NCBI GenBank assembly: GCA_003507445.1
Contig: DNVR01000019.1
Span: 206,132 to 270,131 of the forward strand
Direction of reading: 5' to 3'
DNA from: Candidatus Moraniibacteriota bacterium
Lineage (GTDB): Bacteria > Patescibacteriota > Minisyncoccia > Moranbacterales > GWC2-37-73
Length of the DNA: 64,000 nt
The notes under the pieces are model-generated. The model had not been told where the DNA came from. It saw only the letters and a list, made by a program, of their open reading frames with translations, and ran no database searches. Position 1 is the stretch's first letter. Each line of letters opens with the position of its first letter. This document shows, piece by piece, positions 49,287-58,607 of the stretch. The position numbers were made by a program, and so were the translations under genes.

Positions 49287-50546
49287 ATGTCTATTTTTTC
49301 TAAAATATTTTCAAAAAACAACGCTGAATATTATTTGGCGCTGGACATTGGAACTGAAGTTGCCAAGGCTTTGGTTTTTCAGATTAATGCTGAAGAAAAG
49401 GTTGGCTATGTTGTTGGTGTTGGAAAAGAAAGACAGAAAAAAGGGAATATGCAAAGCGGCGCAGTCTCTGATATTTCAGGTGTAATTGAAACTTGTCAGA
49501 TTTCCATAAGCAAAGCTCTTGAGAAAGCTAATATAAAAAAAGTTAAAAAGGCAATCGTTGGTATTGCTGGAGAATTGGTGAAGGGAACCACCACAACAGT
49601 GCATTATGAACGTGGAAATCCTGATTCGCGCATTGATTTTCCTGAACTGAAAAATATTATTGCAAAAGTTCAAACTAAAGCATATGAAAGAATCCAAGAG
49701 CAGATTGCTTGGGAAACAGGACAGGATATTGAAGTAAAATTAATAAACGCGGCCATTGTTGATGTCAGAATTGATGGTTATCAAGTAACTAATCCGATTG
49801 GTTTTCAAGGTAAGGATGTTTCGGTTAGTATTTTCAATGCATATGCGCCGATGATTCATTTGGGAGCACTTCAAGCTATTGCTGATGAACTTAATATTGA
49901 TTTGCTTAGTATTGCAGCAGAACCTTATGCTGTGGCGCGAAGCGTTGATTATGACGACGCCCTTGATTTTAGTGCTATATTTATTGACATAGGAGGTGGA
50001 ACAACGGATATTGCAGTTGTGAGAAATGGTGGACTTGAGGGCACTAAAATGTTTGCATTTGGTGGACGAGCTTTTACTAAAAAACTAGCGCAAGAACTGC
50101 GAATTGATTTTGAAGAAGCTGAAGAATTGAAAATAAAATATGCCGAAGGAAAATTGGGCGCTGATGTGAGCTCAAAAGTGGAACAAATTTTGCAAAGTGA
50201 TGCATCAGTGTGGCTGAGTGGTGTTGAACTTTCACTTTCTGAATTTGCTGGCAGCGATGTTTTGCCATCAAAAATATTGCTTTGTGGTGGTGGTAGCGGC
50301 TTGCCGGGTATAAAAAAAATATTGCTGACAAAGGAATGGGCTGCTAATTTGCCTTTCTCAAAACCCCCGAGTGTGAATTATTTGCAGCCGCGAGATGTAG
50401 TACGAATTGTGGATCAAACAAATGAACTTAAAAATCCTCAAGATGTTACTCCAATGGGCTTGGCTAATTTGGTGATGGATGTGACAGGTGAAGAAAAAGT
50501 AATGGCTGGAATACTCAGAAGAGTTTTACAAACAATGCAAGACTAA
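49287..50546 (+). CDS. ftsA: Cell division protein FtsA-like
   Basis: ALDIGT, IDIGGGTT, AEELKIKY, LCGGG. Confidence 0.82.
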   Translation: MSIFSKIFSKNNAEYYLALDIGTEVAKALVFQINAEEKVGYVVGVGKERQKKGNMQSGAVSDISGVIETCQISISKALEKANIKKVKKAIVGIAGELVKGTTTTVHYERGNPDSRIDFPELKNIIAKVQTKAYERIQEQIAWETGQDIEVKLINAAIVDVRIDGYQVTNPIGFQGKDVSVSIFNAYAPMIHLGALQAIADELNIDLLSIAAEPYAVARSVDYDDALDFSAIFIDIGGGTTDIAVVRNGGLEGTKMFAFGGRAFTKKLAQELRIDFEEAEELKIKYAEGKLGADVSSKVEQILQSDASVWLSGVELSLSEFAGSDVLPSKILLCGGGSGLPGIKKILLTKEWAANLPFSKPPSVNYLQPRDVVRIVDQTNELKNPQDVTPMGLANLVMDVTGEEKVMAGILRRVLQTMQD

Positions 50547-50643
50547 GATAGTTATAAAGTTATAAAGTTATAAAGTCGCAAGGTCTGTAAGGAAATATTT
50601 TCTTTAAGAACCTTAAGAACTTTAAAAACTTGGAACTAATGTT

Positions 50644-52497
50644 ATGCATCAGACATTTTACATCGATTTGGAAGAGGAAATCTCATCAGTGATTGACCGA
50701 CTGAATAAATCTATGGCTACGGATAATTATTTCGTGGTGCCAAAGCGTGCAATTTTTCTGCAAAGCGTTGTTAATTTGAAACTTTTGAAACGTGAAGCTG
50801 ACAAAGTTGGAAAGCATATAATTATTATTACGCAAGATGAGATTGGAGCATCGATGGCTCAGCGATGCGGGATTGATACTCGCAGCACAACTGATGGTTT
50901 GGAATCAATTATGGACAATGAGGATGAAGAAATGGAAGATGAACTTGAATATGAAACTCCTGAAGTTGTTATTAAAGCTGAACAAAAAAAACAAAACAGA
51001 TTGAGAGGTGTTGGATCAAATGATTTTTATGATTTGGCTACGAGTATTGATGAGAAAGATTCTCAATCGGATGTAACTTTTTCTAATTCGAAACGTGCTC
51101 ATATTAATTCAGTTTCATCTGCGAATAAAAAAAGAGAAGCTTCATATGCGGAGCCATCTCGAGTTCCTGTTTATAAAAATGTTCAACCAAGAATGAATGC
51201 TGCCCGCAGGCCCCAGGTTGTTACTGGTTTGGGAAATAAAAATCGTCTTGATTTTGAAAAAGAAAAAACTCTTGAAAAAATGTATGCAGTAAAGGAAAAA
51301 AATGTAAAAGAGCCTGCAGCTCCAGTTTCGAGCAGTGAAAGAAAAATTAAAAAAATATTCCTGATGTTTATAGGGCTTTGCGCGCTTGTCTTTGTTGGTG
51401 TGGCAGTATATTTATTTTTACCAAGTGCAAAAATAATCATCGAGCCAAATATTACGAAAAATAAAATAGATCTTGATTTGAATGGTGTGGCTGGTTCTGC
51501 TGAAACCAATCAAACCAGCATTCCGATTCGTGTAATCAGCAAAGAAGAAAGTGTTGCTCTTTCTTATGAAGTGAAAGGTGGCTCTGCGGTGGCGGGCAAA
51601 AAAGCTCACGGCAATGTTGTGATTTATAATGAATATGATTCTTCTCCTCAAACATTGATCGCCACAACAAGATTTGAATCAAAAGATGGCAAAATATTTC
51701 GTCTTGTGAAAAACATCGTTGTTCCTGGAACAAGTGCCATTGCAGGGGAAATTAAGCCAGGTGCAATTACTGCCGAGATAATTGCTGATGAGCCCGGACC
51801 ATCTTATAATATTGAGCCTACAGATTTTACCATTCCCGGCTTCAAGGGTGGACCGAAATATACAAAATTTTATGCCAAATCAACGGAGCCAATGGCGGGA
51901 GGCTCTATTGAAGGTGAAACTGCAGGAGGTGCGGTTAGTCAAAATGATATTGATGGTGCAAAACAAAAAACAGAAACCAGTCTTAAAGAGCAGCTCATTA
52001 AAGCTGTTAATGATGAGTTAAAGAATGATGAAGTAGCTCTTGAGCAGACTCAAAAAATTACAATCACAAAATCTAGCGCCGGTGTGAAGGTGGGAGATAT
52101 GGTGGGAGAGCTTGAATACACTGCAGTTGCATCCGTCTACGTTTTGGTATTTTCAGAAAATGACGTAAGAACTGTAATTGAGCAGTCTTTGGCGAGTGAG
52201 CAAACACAAGATGTCAAAAAAGATATTTCCAAAATAGAATATGGAACAGCCGATGCTGATTTCGAGAAAAACACCCTTAAATTGAAGGTATATGGTGAGA
52301 TAACATCCACTCCTATTATTGATAAAGAACAAATAAAGAAGGAATTATTGGGCAAAACCGATGAGCAATTGCCAGCAATTTTAAGAAAATATTCAACAGT
52401 AAAGAGTGTTAATGTTGAATTTCAGCCAAAATTTGTTTCGCGTATACCTCAATATTCACAGAGAGTAAGCGTCGAAATCAAAAATATAGCAAATTAG
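50644..52497 (+). CDS. Large single-TM hypothetical protein downstream of ftsA
   Basis: IDLEEEISSVIDRL N-terminus, one TM, extracellular A..PG..YNI segment reminiscent of baseplate J-like domains. Confidence 0.75.
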   Translation: MHQTFYIDLEEEISSVIDRLNKSMATDNYFVVPKRAIFLQSVVNLKLLKREADKVGKHIIIITQDEIGASMAQRCGIDTRSTTDGLESIMDNEDEEMEDELEYETPEVVIKAEQKKQNRLRGVGSNDFYDLATSIDEKDSQSDVTFSNSKRAHINSVSSANKKREASYAEPSRVPVYKNVQPRMNAARRPQVVTGLGNKNRLDFEKEKTLEKMYAVKEKNVKEPAAPVSSSERKIKKIFLMFIGLCALVFVGVAVYLFLPSAKIIIEPNITKNKIDLDLNGVAGSAETNQTSIPIRVISKEESVALSYEVKGGSAVAGKKAHGNVVIYNEYDSSPQTLIATTRFESKDGKIFRLVKNIVVPGTSAIAGEIKPGAITAEIIADEPGPSYNIEPTDFTIPGFKGGPKYTKFYAKSTEPMAGGSIEGETAGGAVSQNDIDGAKQKTETSLKEQLIKAVNDELKNDEVALEQTQKITITKSSAGVKVGDMVGELEYTAVASVYVLVFSENDVRTVIEQSLASEQTQDVKKDISKIEYGTADADFEKNTLKLKVYGEITSTPIIDKEQIKKELLGKTDEQLPAILRKYSTVKSVNVEFQPKFVSRIPQYSQRVSVEIKNIAN

Positions 52498-52728
52498 GTC
52501 TAATTTAAGCCAAAAAGTAAAAGAATAGGAATCTGAAAAGAAAGGAGGTATTTTAGGGTGCACACTGGGGTTGACAATAAAACAATACTTTGTTAAGATT
52601 GCTATACGTTTTAGAAAAACTTAATAAAGCCTACAGATTAGAGGAACTTACTATTTGAATTTCAAGAATGAGGATAGTGTGTGGCAAGTAAATCCCCTCT
52701 ATTTTTATGTTGTAATTGAAAGTAAAAT

Positions 52729-52953
52729 ATGGCCCCAAAACAGGAAAAAGAATTGATAAAACTTGAGGGAACTATCATTGAAACGTTGCCAAGCACGACG
52801 TTTCGAGTGCGTTTGGACAATGGCCATGAAGTGCTTGCACATATTTCAGGAAGAATGAGAGTGAACTATATCAGATTACTCCCCGGTGATCGTGTACTTA
52901 TGGAAATGAGTCCATATGATCTAACAAAGGGACGAGTAACTCAAAGAATGTAA
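52729..52953 (+). CDS. infA: Translation initiation factor IF-1
   Basis: [17 protein letters not shown]. Confidence 0.97.
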   Translation: MAPKQEKELIKLEGTIIETLPSTTFRVRLDNGHEVLAHISGRMRVNYIRLLPGDRVLMEMSPYDLTKGRVTQRM

Positions 52954-53044
52954 TAACTAATAACTAAAGACTCACAACTAATGACAATTGCCACGTTGGC
53001 GATTGGAGAAAAAGTTATAAGTAGTTGGGTAGTGGATAAATTTT

Positions 53045-53158
53045 ATGAAAGTACGAGCATCAGTTAAGAAAATGTGTGCTAAATGTAAAATTGTTAGACG
53101 TAGAGGGCGAGTCTATGTGGTTTGTTCTACGCCAAAACATAAACAACGACAAGGCTAA
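53045..53158 (+). CDS. rpmJ: 50S ribosomal protein L36 (not in ORF track)
   Basis: [37 protein letters not shown]. Confidence 0.97.
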   Translation: MKVRASVKKMCAKCKIVRRRGRVYVVCSTPKHKQRQG

Positions 53159-53242
53159 TTTCCCAAGAATTTCGTCCGCCAGCCGGCGGATCAAATTTCG
53201 TTTTTCGTTATAATTCAAAATTCTAAAATTTATTAAATCTAT

Positions 53243-53629
53243 ATGATACGTATTGCCGGAATAAATCTTCCTGATGAAAAAAGAATAGAAATTGCTTTGA
53301 CATATGTCTTTGGAATTGGACCTTCAACTAGTCGTAAGCTTTTGAAGCTTCTTGAAATTGATATGACTACTCGCACGAAAGATTTGTCAGCTGAGGATGC
53401 AAATCGACTACGCGACGAAATTGAAAAAAAATATAAAGTTGAAGGAGAACTGAAACACGAGGTGAAGATGAATATCAAACGACTTAAAGAAATTGGAAGC
53501 TATCGCGGAAGTCGACATCAAAAAGGACTTCCAGTGAACGGTCAGCGAACAAAGACCAATAGTAGAACAGTTCGAGGAAACGTTCGAAGAACTATGGGAA
53601 GTGGACGAAGATCAGAATCAAAGACATAG
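53243..53629 (+). CDS. rpsM: 30S ribosomal protein S13
   Basis: RIAGINL, GQRTKTNSRT. Confidence 0.97.
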   Translation: MIRIAGINLPDEKRIEIALTYVFGIGPSTSRKLLKLLEIDMTTRTKDLSAEDANRLRDEIEKKYKVEGELKHEVKMNIKRLKEIGSYRGSRHQKGLPVNGQRTKTNSRTVRGNVRRTMGSGRRSESKT

Positions 53630-53742
53630 ATCCAAATAATGATGCGAATTATATCCGAATATAATCCGAATCATAAATATAAAAATTCAATTAAAAATAA
53701 TTCGGATGTAATTGGGATATAATTTGGATAAAAAATTAGGAT

Positions 53743-54222
53743 ATGGCAGATGAAATTAAAACAACTGAAGAAGTGATGGCTGAAGTTTCTTTGGAAACTG
53801 AGGTTGTTGGTGCTGCTGAAGCTGAACAAGCTACAGAAGCTGAAACAAAGAAGAAAAAGAAGAAATTGAAGAGACAAATCTTGAAAGGGCAAGCTCACAT
53901 CAAATGCACCTATAATAATACCATGGTGATGATTTCTGATGCTAATGGTGCAATGTTGGGATGGTCAAGTTCTGGATTATTGGGATTTAAGGGCGCAAAA
54001 AAAGCGACTCCATATGCAGCAACGCAAGTTGTGCACGATGTTTCAGAAAAAGTTAAGAAATATGGTATGCACGAATTGGACGTTTTTGTTAGAGGCGTTG
54101 GCAGCGGTCGTGAATCATCAATTCGATCATTGGCAAACAAAGGTTTTGAACTTACTGCAATCAAAGATGTGACACCAATTCCTCATAACGGATGCAGAGC
54201 GAAAAAACCGCGACGAGTATAA
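53743..54222 (+). CDS. rpsK: 30S ribosomal protein S11 (acidic N-terminal extension)
   Basis: TYNNT, DVTPIPHNGCR. Confidence 0.97.
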   Translation: MADEIKTTEEVMAEVSLETEVVGAAEAEQATEAETKKKKKKLKRQILKGQAHIKCTYNNTMVMISDANGAMLGWSSSGLLGFKGAKKATPYAATQVVHDVSEKVKKYGMHELDVFVRGVGSGRESSIRSLANKGFELTAIKDVTPIPHNGCRAKKPRRV

Positions 54223-54314
54223 TTTCCACATAACATAGAACATAAAACACATAACATGAATACGGATTAGGAATTTTTGTTCCATGCTCCATGTTCCATG
54301 TTCAATGACAAGAT

Positions 54315-54950
54315 ATGGCACGAGATTTATTAGGGTCAAAATGTAAGAGATGTCGCAGAGCTCAAGAAAAGCTTTTCTTGAAAGGCGACCGATGTAACAG
54401 CGCAAAATGTGCTATTTCACGGCGTCCATATGCACCTGGTGTTCATGGTAAGAACATTTCCAGAGGATTGAGCGAATTTGGAAAACAACTTGCAATGAAG
54501 CAACGCATTAAAAGAATGTATGGAGTCTTGGAGAGACAATTTCGTAAGCACTATGACGAAATTAGCAACAAACCTGGCGTTACTGGAGACTTGCTAATGA
54601 CACGACTTGAAATGCGATTGGATAATGTTGTTCGCAAAATGGGACTCGCATCTTCTCCAATTCAAGCAAGACAGTTGGTAACTCACGGAGCATTTTTGGT
54701 TAACGGCAAAAAACTTACAATTCCTTCTTGTTTGGTTAAGATTGGCGACGTTATTTCAGTTAAAGAATCAAAGAAGGGAAATGCATATTTTGTAAATCAA
54801 ATTCAAACTCTCGCTAATAAGAAAGATTTTCCGCGTTGGATTCAATTTGATCAATCAAAGTTGGAAGGCAAGGTTATTTCATTGCCAACCCGCGAAGATG
54901 TGGGAGTGCATGTTGATCCACAAATGGTTGTTGAATCATATTCACGTTAA
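54315..54950 (+). CDS. rpsD: 30S ribosomal protein S4
   Basis: KLFLKG, PGVHG, LEMRLDN. Confidence 0.97.
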   Translation: MARDLLGSKCKRCRRAQEKLFLKGDRCNSAKCAISRRPYAPGVHGKNISRGLSEFGKQLAMKQRIKRMYGVLERQFRKHYDEISNKPGVTGDLLMTRLEMRLDNVVRKMGLASSPIQARQLVTHGAFLVNGKKLTIPSCLVKIGDVISVKESKKGNAYFVNQIQTLANKKDFPRWIQFDQSKLEGKVISLPTREDVGVHVDPQMVVESYSR

Positions 54951-55044
54951 TATTGTTTTTGTTTAGAAATTATTTAACTTTTTTAATTGAAAAACGCTTT
55001 TCTTGTTCCGCCCAGCGGGATGATTAATGTGTTAGAAAGAGGAT

Positions 55045-56010
55045 ATGCAAATAGTGTCGCTTCCTCAAAAGCCAAAATACACCCCAATTGATGAGAATAG
55101 TGGGAAATTCGAAATCATGGGATGTTATCCGGGTTATGGTATGACCCTTGGTAATGCGCTTAGGCGTGTTCTTTTAGCATCTTTGGAAGGTGCAGCAGTT
55201 ACATCAGTGAAAATTAAAGGTGTTTCTCATGAATTTTCAACTCTTGATGGAGTTATGGAAGATGCAGTACAAATCATTTTGAATCTTAAGAAGATTCGTT
55301 TTAAAATGCACAGCGAAGAACCAGTAAAGGTTAGTCTTAAATTCAAAGGAGAAGGAAAGGTTACTGCAAAGGAAATCAAATGTCCTTCAAGCGTGGAAGT
55401 TGTTAATACTGATCAAATTATTGCTACTGTTACTGACAAGAAAGTTGAATTTGAAATGGAATTGGAAATCTCTCGCGGCTTGGGATATGTACCAATTGAT
55501 CAACAAGATAGACCAGAAAAGGAAATTGGTGTTATTGCAATTGATGCAGTTTACACACCGATTCGTCGCGTGAACTATGAAGTTGAAAATATGCGCGTTG
55601 GAAAAAGAACTGATTATAACAAAATTACACTTGATATTGTTACTGATGGAAGCATTACTCCTGAGGAAGCATTTAAAAAAGCTGTTGTTATTTTGGTAGA
55701 ACAGTTTTCAGTGCTTGGTGGTATTGAAATGGTTGAAGAAGTTAAGGAAGTTGAAGCAAAAGAAGCTGTGATTGTTGAGGAAAAAGCTGCTGAGCAGGAG
55801 GCTGTTGATCCTTTGAAGATTAAAGTCACTGAGCTGAAAAATCTTTCAACAAGAACGCTTAATGTGCTTGAAGCAAGTAAAATTGTTAAAATCAAGGACA
55901 TTGCAAAACTAAACGAAGAAGGATTGCTCGCATTGGAAGGTATGGGCGACAAAGGAGTAAAGGAAATTAAAAAAGCTATAGGAGAATTTGGAATAACATT
56001 AAAACAGTAA
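55045..56010 (+). CDS. rpoA: RNA polymerase alpha subunit
   Basis: GYGMTLGNALRRVLL, HEFSTL. Confidence 0.97.
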   Translation: MQIVSLPQKPKYTPIDENSGKFEIMGCYPGYGMTLGNALRRVLLASLEGAAVTSVKIKGVSHEFSTLDGVMEDAVQIILNLKKIRFKMHSEEPVKVSLKFKGEGKVTAKEIKCPSSVEVVNTDQIIATVTDKKVEFEMELEISRGLGYVPIDQQDRPEKEIGVIAIDAVYTPIRRVNYEVENMRVGKRTDYNKITLDIVTDGSITPEEAFKKAVVILVEQFSVLGGIEMVEEVKEVEAKEAVIVEEKAAEQEAVDPLKIKVTELKNLSTRTLNVLEASKIVKIKDIAKLNEEGLLALEGMGDKGVKEIKKAIGEFGITLKQ

Positions 56011-56116
56011 GTAGAAAGTTATAAAGTAGAAAGTTATAAGGTCAATAGAGTCGCTTTAGCGACATGCAAAGCAACTTTATGAACTTTAAAACTTTATGAA
56101 CTTTTAACTAATAGAT

Positions 56117-56482
56117 ATGAATCATCTTGGAAGAACAAGAAAATTTAGCAGAGTGAAAAAACAACGAGTAGCGCTTCTTAAAACGCTCTTGGGTAGTTTT
56201 ATTATGAAAGAAAAGATAACAACCACAGAAGCAAAGGCAAAAGAAATCAAGCCAATGATGGATAAGCTTATCACGAAAGTGAAAAAGATTTCTAATGATG
56301 AGACGAAAAAGGTTGCTGTGCTTAGAGATTTGAGAAAAAACCTTCCTTTGGTTGCTGTTAAAAAGCTTTCTGGTGAGTTTGCCCAGAAGTTTTCTCAGCG
56401 TCAAAGCGGTTATACTCGAATTATGAAAATCGCACAAAGAAAGAGCGATGGAGCACAAATGGCAGTAATAGAATTTGTATAA
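56117..56482 (+). CDS. rplQ: 50S ribosomal protein L17
   Basis: ITTTEAKAKE, GYTRI. Confidence 0.96.
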   Translation: MNHLGRTRKFSRVKKQRVALLKTLLGSFIMKEKITTTEAKAKEIKPMMDKLITKVKKISNDETKKVAVLRDLRKNLPLVAVKKLSGEFAQKFSQRQSGYTRIMKIAQRKSDGAQMAVIEFV

Positions 56483-56595
56483 ATAAACTCATAGAACATA
56501 CAGCATAGAACATAGAGCATTGGAATTATAAAAAGAAATCGTGAGAAAGTAGATTTTTGTTCCATGTTATGTGTTACGTGTTTCATGAAATAGTT

Positions 56596-56988
56596 ATGAA
56601 CAGACAATATCATCTCTTTGATGCTCAGGGAAAAGTGCTAGGAAGGCTGGCAACTGAAATTGCAAAGATATTAAGTGGCCGAAATAAAGTTGACTACGTT
56701 CCTCATATTGATGGAGGGGATTTTGTTATTGTTATCAATGCGGACAAAGTTCGTGTTACTGGTAACAAAATGGAAGGAAAGATTTACCACAAATACAGTG
56801 GATATCCTGGTGGAATTTCATCAATTGCGCTTAAGGATTTGTTGGTTAAGGATGCTGGTAAAGTTATCCAAAACGCTGTATATGGAATGCTTCCAAAAAA
56901 CAAACTTAGAGACAAGATGATGCTTCGCTTGACTGCTGTCGCCGGAGAAGATCATGGATGTAAAACGACTATTAATATAACACATTAA
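56596..56988 (+). CDS. rplM: 50S ribosomal protein L13
   Basis: LGRLAT, GDFVIVINA, GMLPKN; start at MNRQ. Confidence 0.96.
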   Translation: MNRQYHLFDAQGKVLGRLATEIAKILSGRNKVDYVPHIDGGDFVIVINADKVRVTGNKMEGKIYHKYSGYPGGISSIALKDLLVKDAGKVIQNAVYGMLPKNKLRDKMMLRLTAVAGEDHGCKTTINITH

Positions 56989-57079
56989 TCATAAAACATA
57001 GAACATAAAGCATATAACATGAAATGCGGATTCAGAATTTTTGTTCCATGATCCATGTTCCATGTTCTGTGACCAAGAT

Positions 57080-57667
57080 ATGGCAGTAAAAAAAGTAGAG
57101 AAAACTGAAAAAGTTGTAAAACCTAAGACAGCCAAGGTTGCAAAGCCAAAGGCTGAGAAGGTTGTTAAGGCTGCAAAAAAAGTTGTCAAAAAAGAAGTGG
57201 CTCCGGTGGCTGTTGAAAAGGTTGCTGCCGTTCCGGTTGTTAAGGAAAAGGTTGCAAAGAAGATCGCTGGTGTTTATTTTTATGCTGTTGGACGAAGAAA
57301 AACTTCTGTTGCTCAAGTACGCTTGTATGAAAATGACAAAGCTACAGAAAATGATATTATTATCAATGACAAGAAATTGAAAGATTATTTTCCAACAATT
57401 TCACTTCAGAACAATTTGCTTTCACCGCTTAAGGCTGTTGGAATGCACAACAAATTTTCAATGACAGTATTGGTGCGAGGAGGAGGAGTGACTGGTCAAG
57501 TTGAAGCAGTTCGCTTGGGAATCGCTCGCGCATTGGTTGTTTTCAATGCTGAACTCAAAAAGACTTTGAAAGATCTTGGACTTATGACTAGAGATGCCAG
57601 AGAGGTTGAACGAAAGAAAGCCGGACTCAAAAAAGCCCGCAAAGCTCCACAGTGGGCAAAACGATAA
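57080..57667 (+). CDS. rpsI: 30S ribosomal protein S9 (Lys/Val/Ala-rich N-terminal extension)
   Basis: GRRKTS, GGGVTGQ, ERKKAGLKKARKAPQWAKR. Confidence 0.96.
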   Translation: MAVKKVEKTEKVVKPKTAKVAKPKAEKVVKAAKKVVKKEVAPVAVEKVAAVPVVKEKVAKKIAGVYFYAVGRRKTSVAQVRLYENDKATENDIIINDKKLKDYFPTISLQNNLLSPLKAVGMHNKFSMTVLVRGGGVTGQVEAVRLGIARALVVFNAELKKTLKDLGLMTRDAREVERKKAGLKKARKAPQWAKR

Positions 57668-57827
57668 CAAAAAAATTCAAAAGGCTCCCATTTCGGGAGT
57701 TTTTTTGTTTCGTTTTGCATACTGTGGACAGAAAAGGGGTCGGGAAAAACTGGGTTTTCCCGCGGCGGAAGTTTGAAACCGCTGGGTTTCAAGGAGCGAA
57801 GCGACTCCACATCGGGCAAAACGTTAG
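57668..57827. repeat. Structured element with inverted and direct copies of the rpsI 3' end
   Basis: Inverted copy 57711-57728; direct copy 57805-57827 (19/23 identical to 57645-57667). Confidence 0.8.
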
Positions 57828-57949
57828 GGCACGAATTTTCACGGATTTGGGCTCACGGATTTTCACGAATCACGGATCAAAATACTTTACATATCAATAC
57901 TCAAAAAACGCCTCAAACAAGGCGTTTTTTGTATGTGGAAAATTTACTA

Positions 57950-57978
57950 TTGACTTTTAGCTGAAAAAGGAGTATAAT
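57950..57978 (+). promoter_or_regulatory. sigma70 promoter
   Basis: TTGACT-17-TATAAT. Confidence 0.75.
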
Positions 57979-58039
57979 AGCAGGTTGTTTAAAATAAATG
58001 TTTGCAAATGCAAACTTCATAAGAAAGAGGGGTAAAATC

Positions 58040-58468
58040 ATGAAATCATTGGCTCAGCAGTTAATCGAAAAGGGATTGGCTCCAAAAGATTCTCTCAAAA
58101 AGTCCAAAATTACAGAGAGGATGATTGAAGGTCAGCATCTTAAATCGTCTGGATTCCAAAGAATAACTTCAATTGTCAGATCAATCGATGATTTGGAGAA
58201 ATGCCAGAGCGTGAGGGAATTCAAGGAGGCAGCAAGAGAAATAGTGTTGTCTGATATCTCCAGCATTAGCGCCATCGTAAAAAAAGCTCATATGCTTAAG
58301 GATGGGGATGGTGGCAAGCGGTTAATTGGTATGATGTATGCTCTCAGGGAAGGGCTTAGTAGGGCGCCAACCTCAGATCATGACCGCATGATCAGGCAAG
58401 CTTTTCGAAAAGCAGGGGGAGTGGTTAATCTACCTGGTAATGAAAGAAAAAAGAAAGGCAAAAAATAA
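58040..58468 (+). CDS. Basic hypothetical protein
   Basis: Own promoter, GAGGGG SD-like sequence, downstream hairpin; start could be 57998. Confidence 0.7.
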   Translation: MKSLAQQLIEKGLAPKDSLKKSKITERMIEGQHLKSSGFQRITSIVRSIDDLEKCQSVREFKEAAREIVLSDISSISAIVKKAHMLKDGDGGKRLIGMMYALREGLSRAPTSDHDRMIRQAFRKAGGVVNLPGNERKKKGKK

Positions 58469-58607
58469 AATAGTTGTCTTATTAAGACCAGCCGTTACAT
58501 TTCGTAGATTCGAAGTGTAACGGTTTTTTTATACCAAAAAACGCACCTCACAATACGTTTTTTCTTTTTGCATTTTTTCCTAACACCTAAAACCTAGAAC
58601 CTAACAC

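Noticed and set aside
44965-57079. N-terminal extensions of Pgk, L13 and S9 in the ORF track (MLYAICF, MFHVMCY, MFHDPCS)
   Set aside because: They are translations of heptamer repeat arms; downstream ATGs were used. The same applies to 33107 (motif A) and 40031/41241 (abrB tails).
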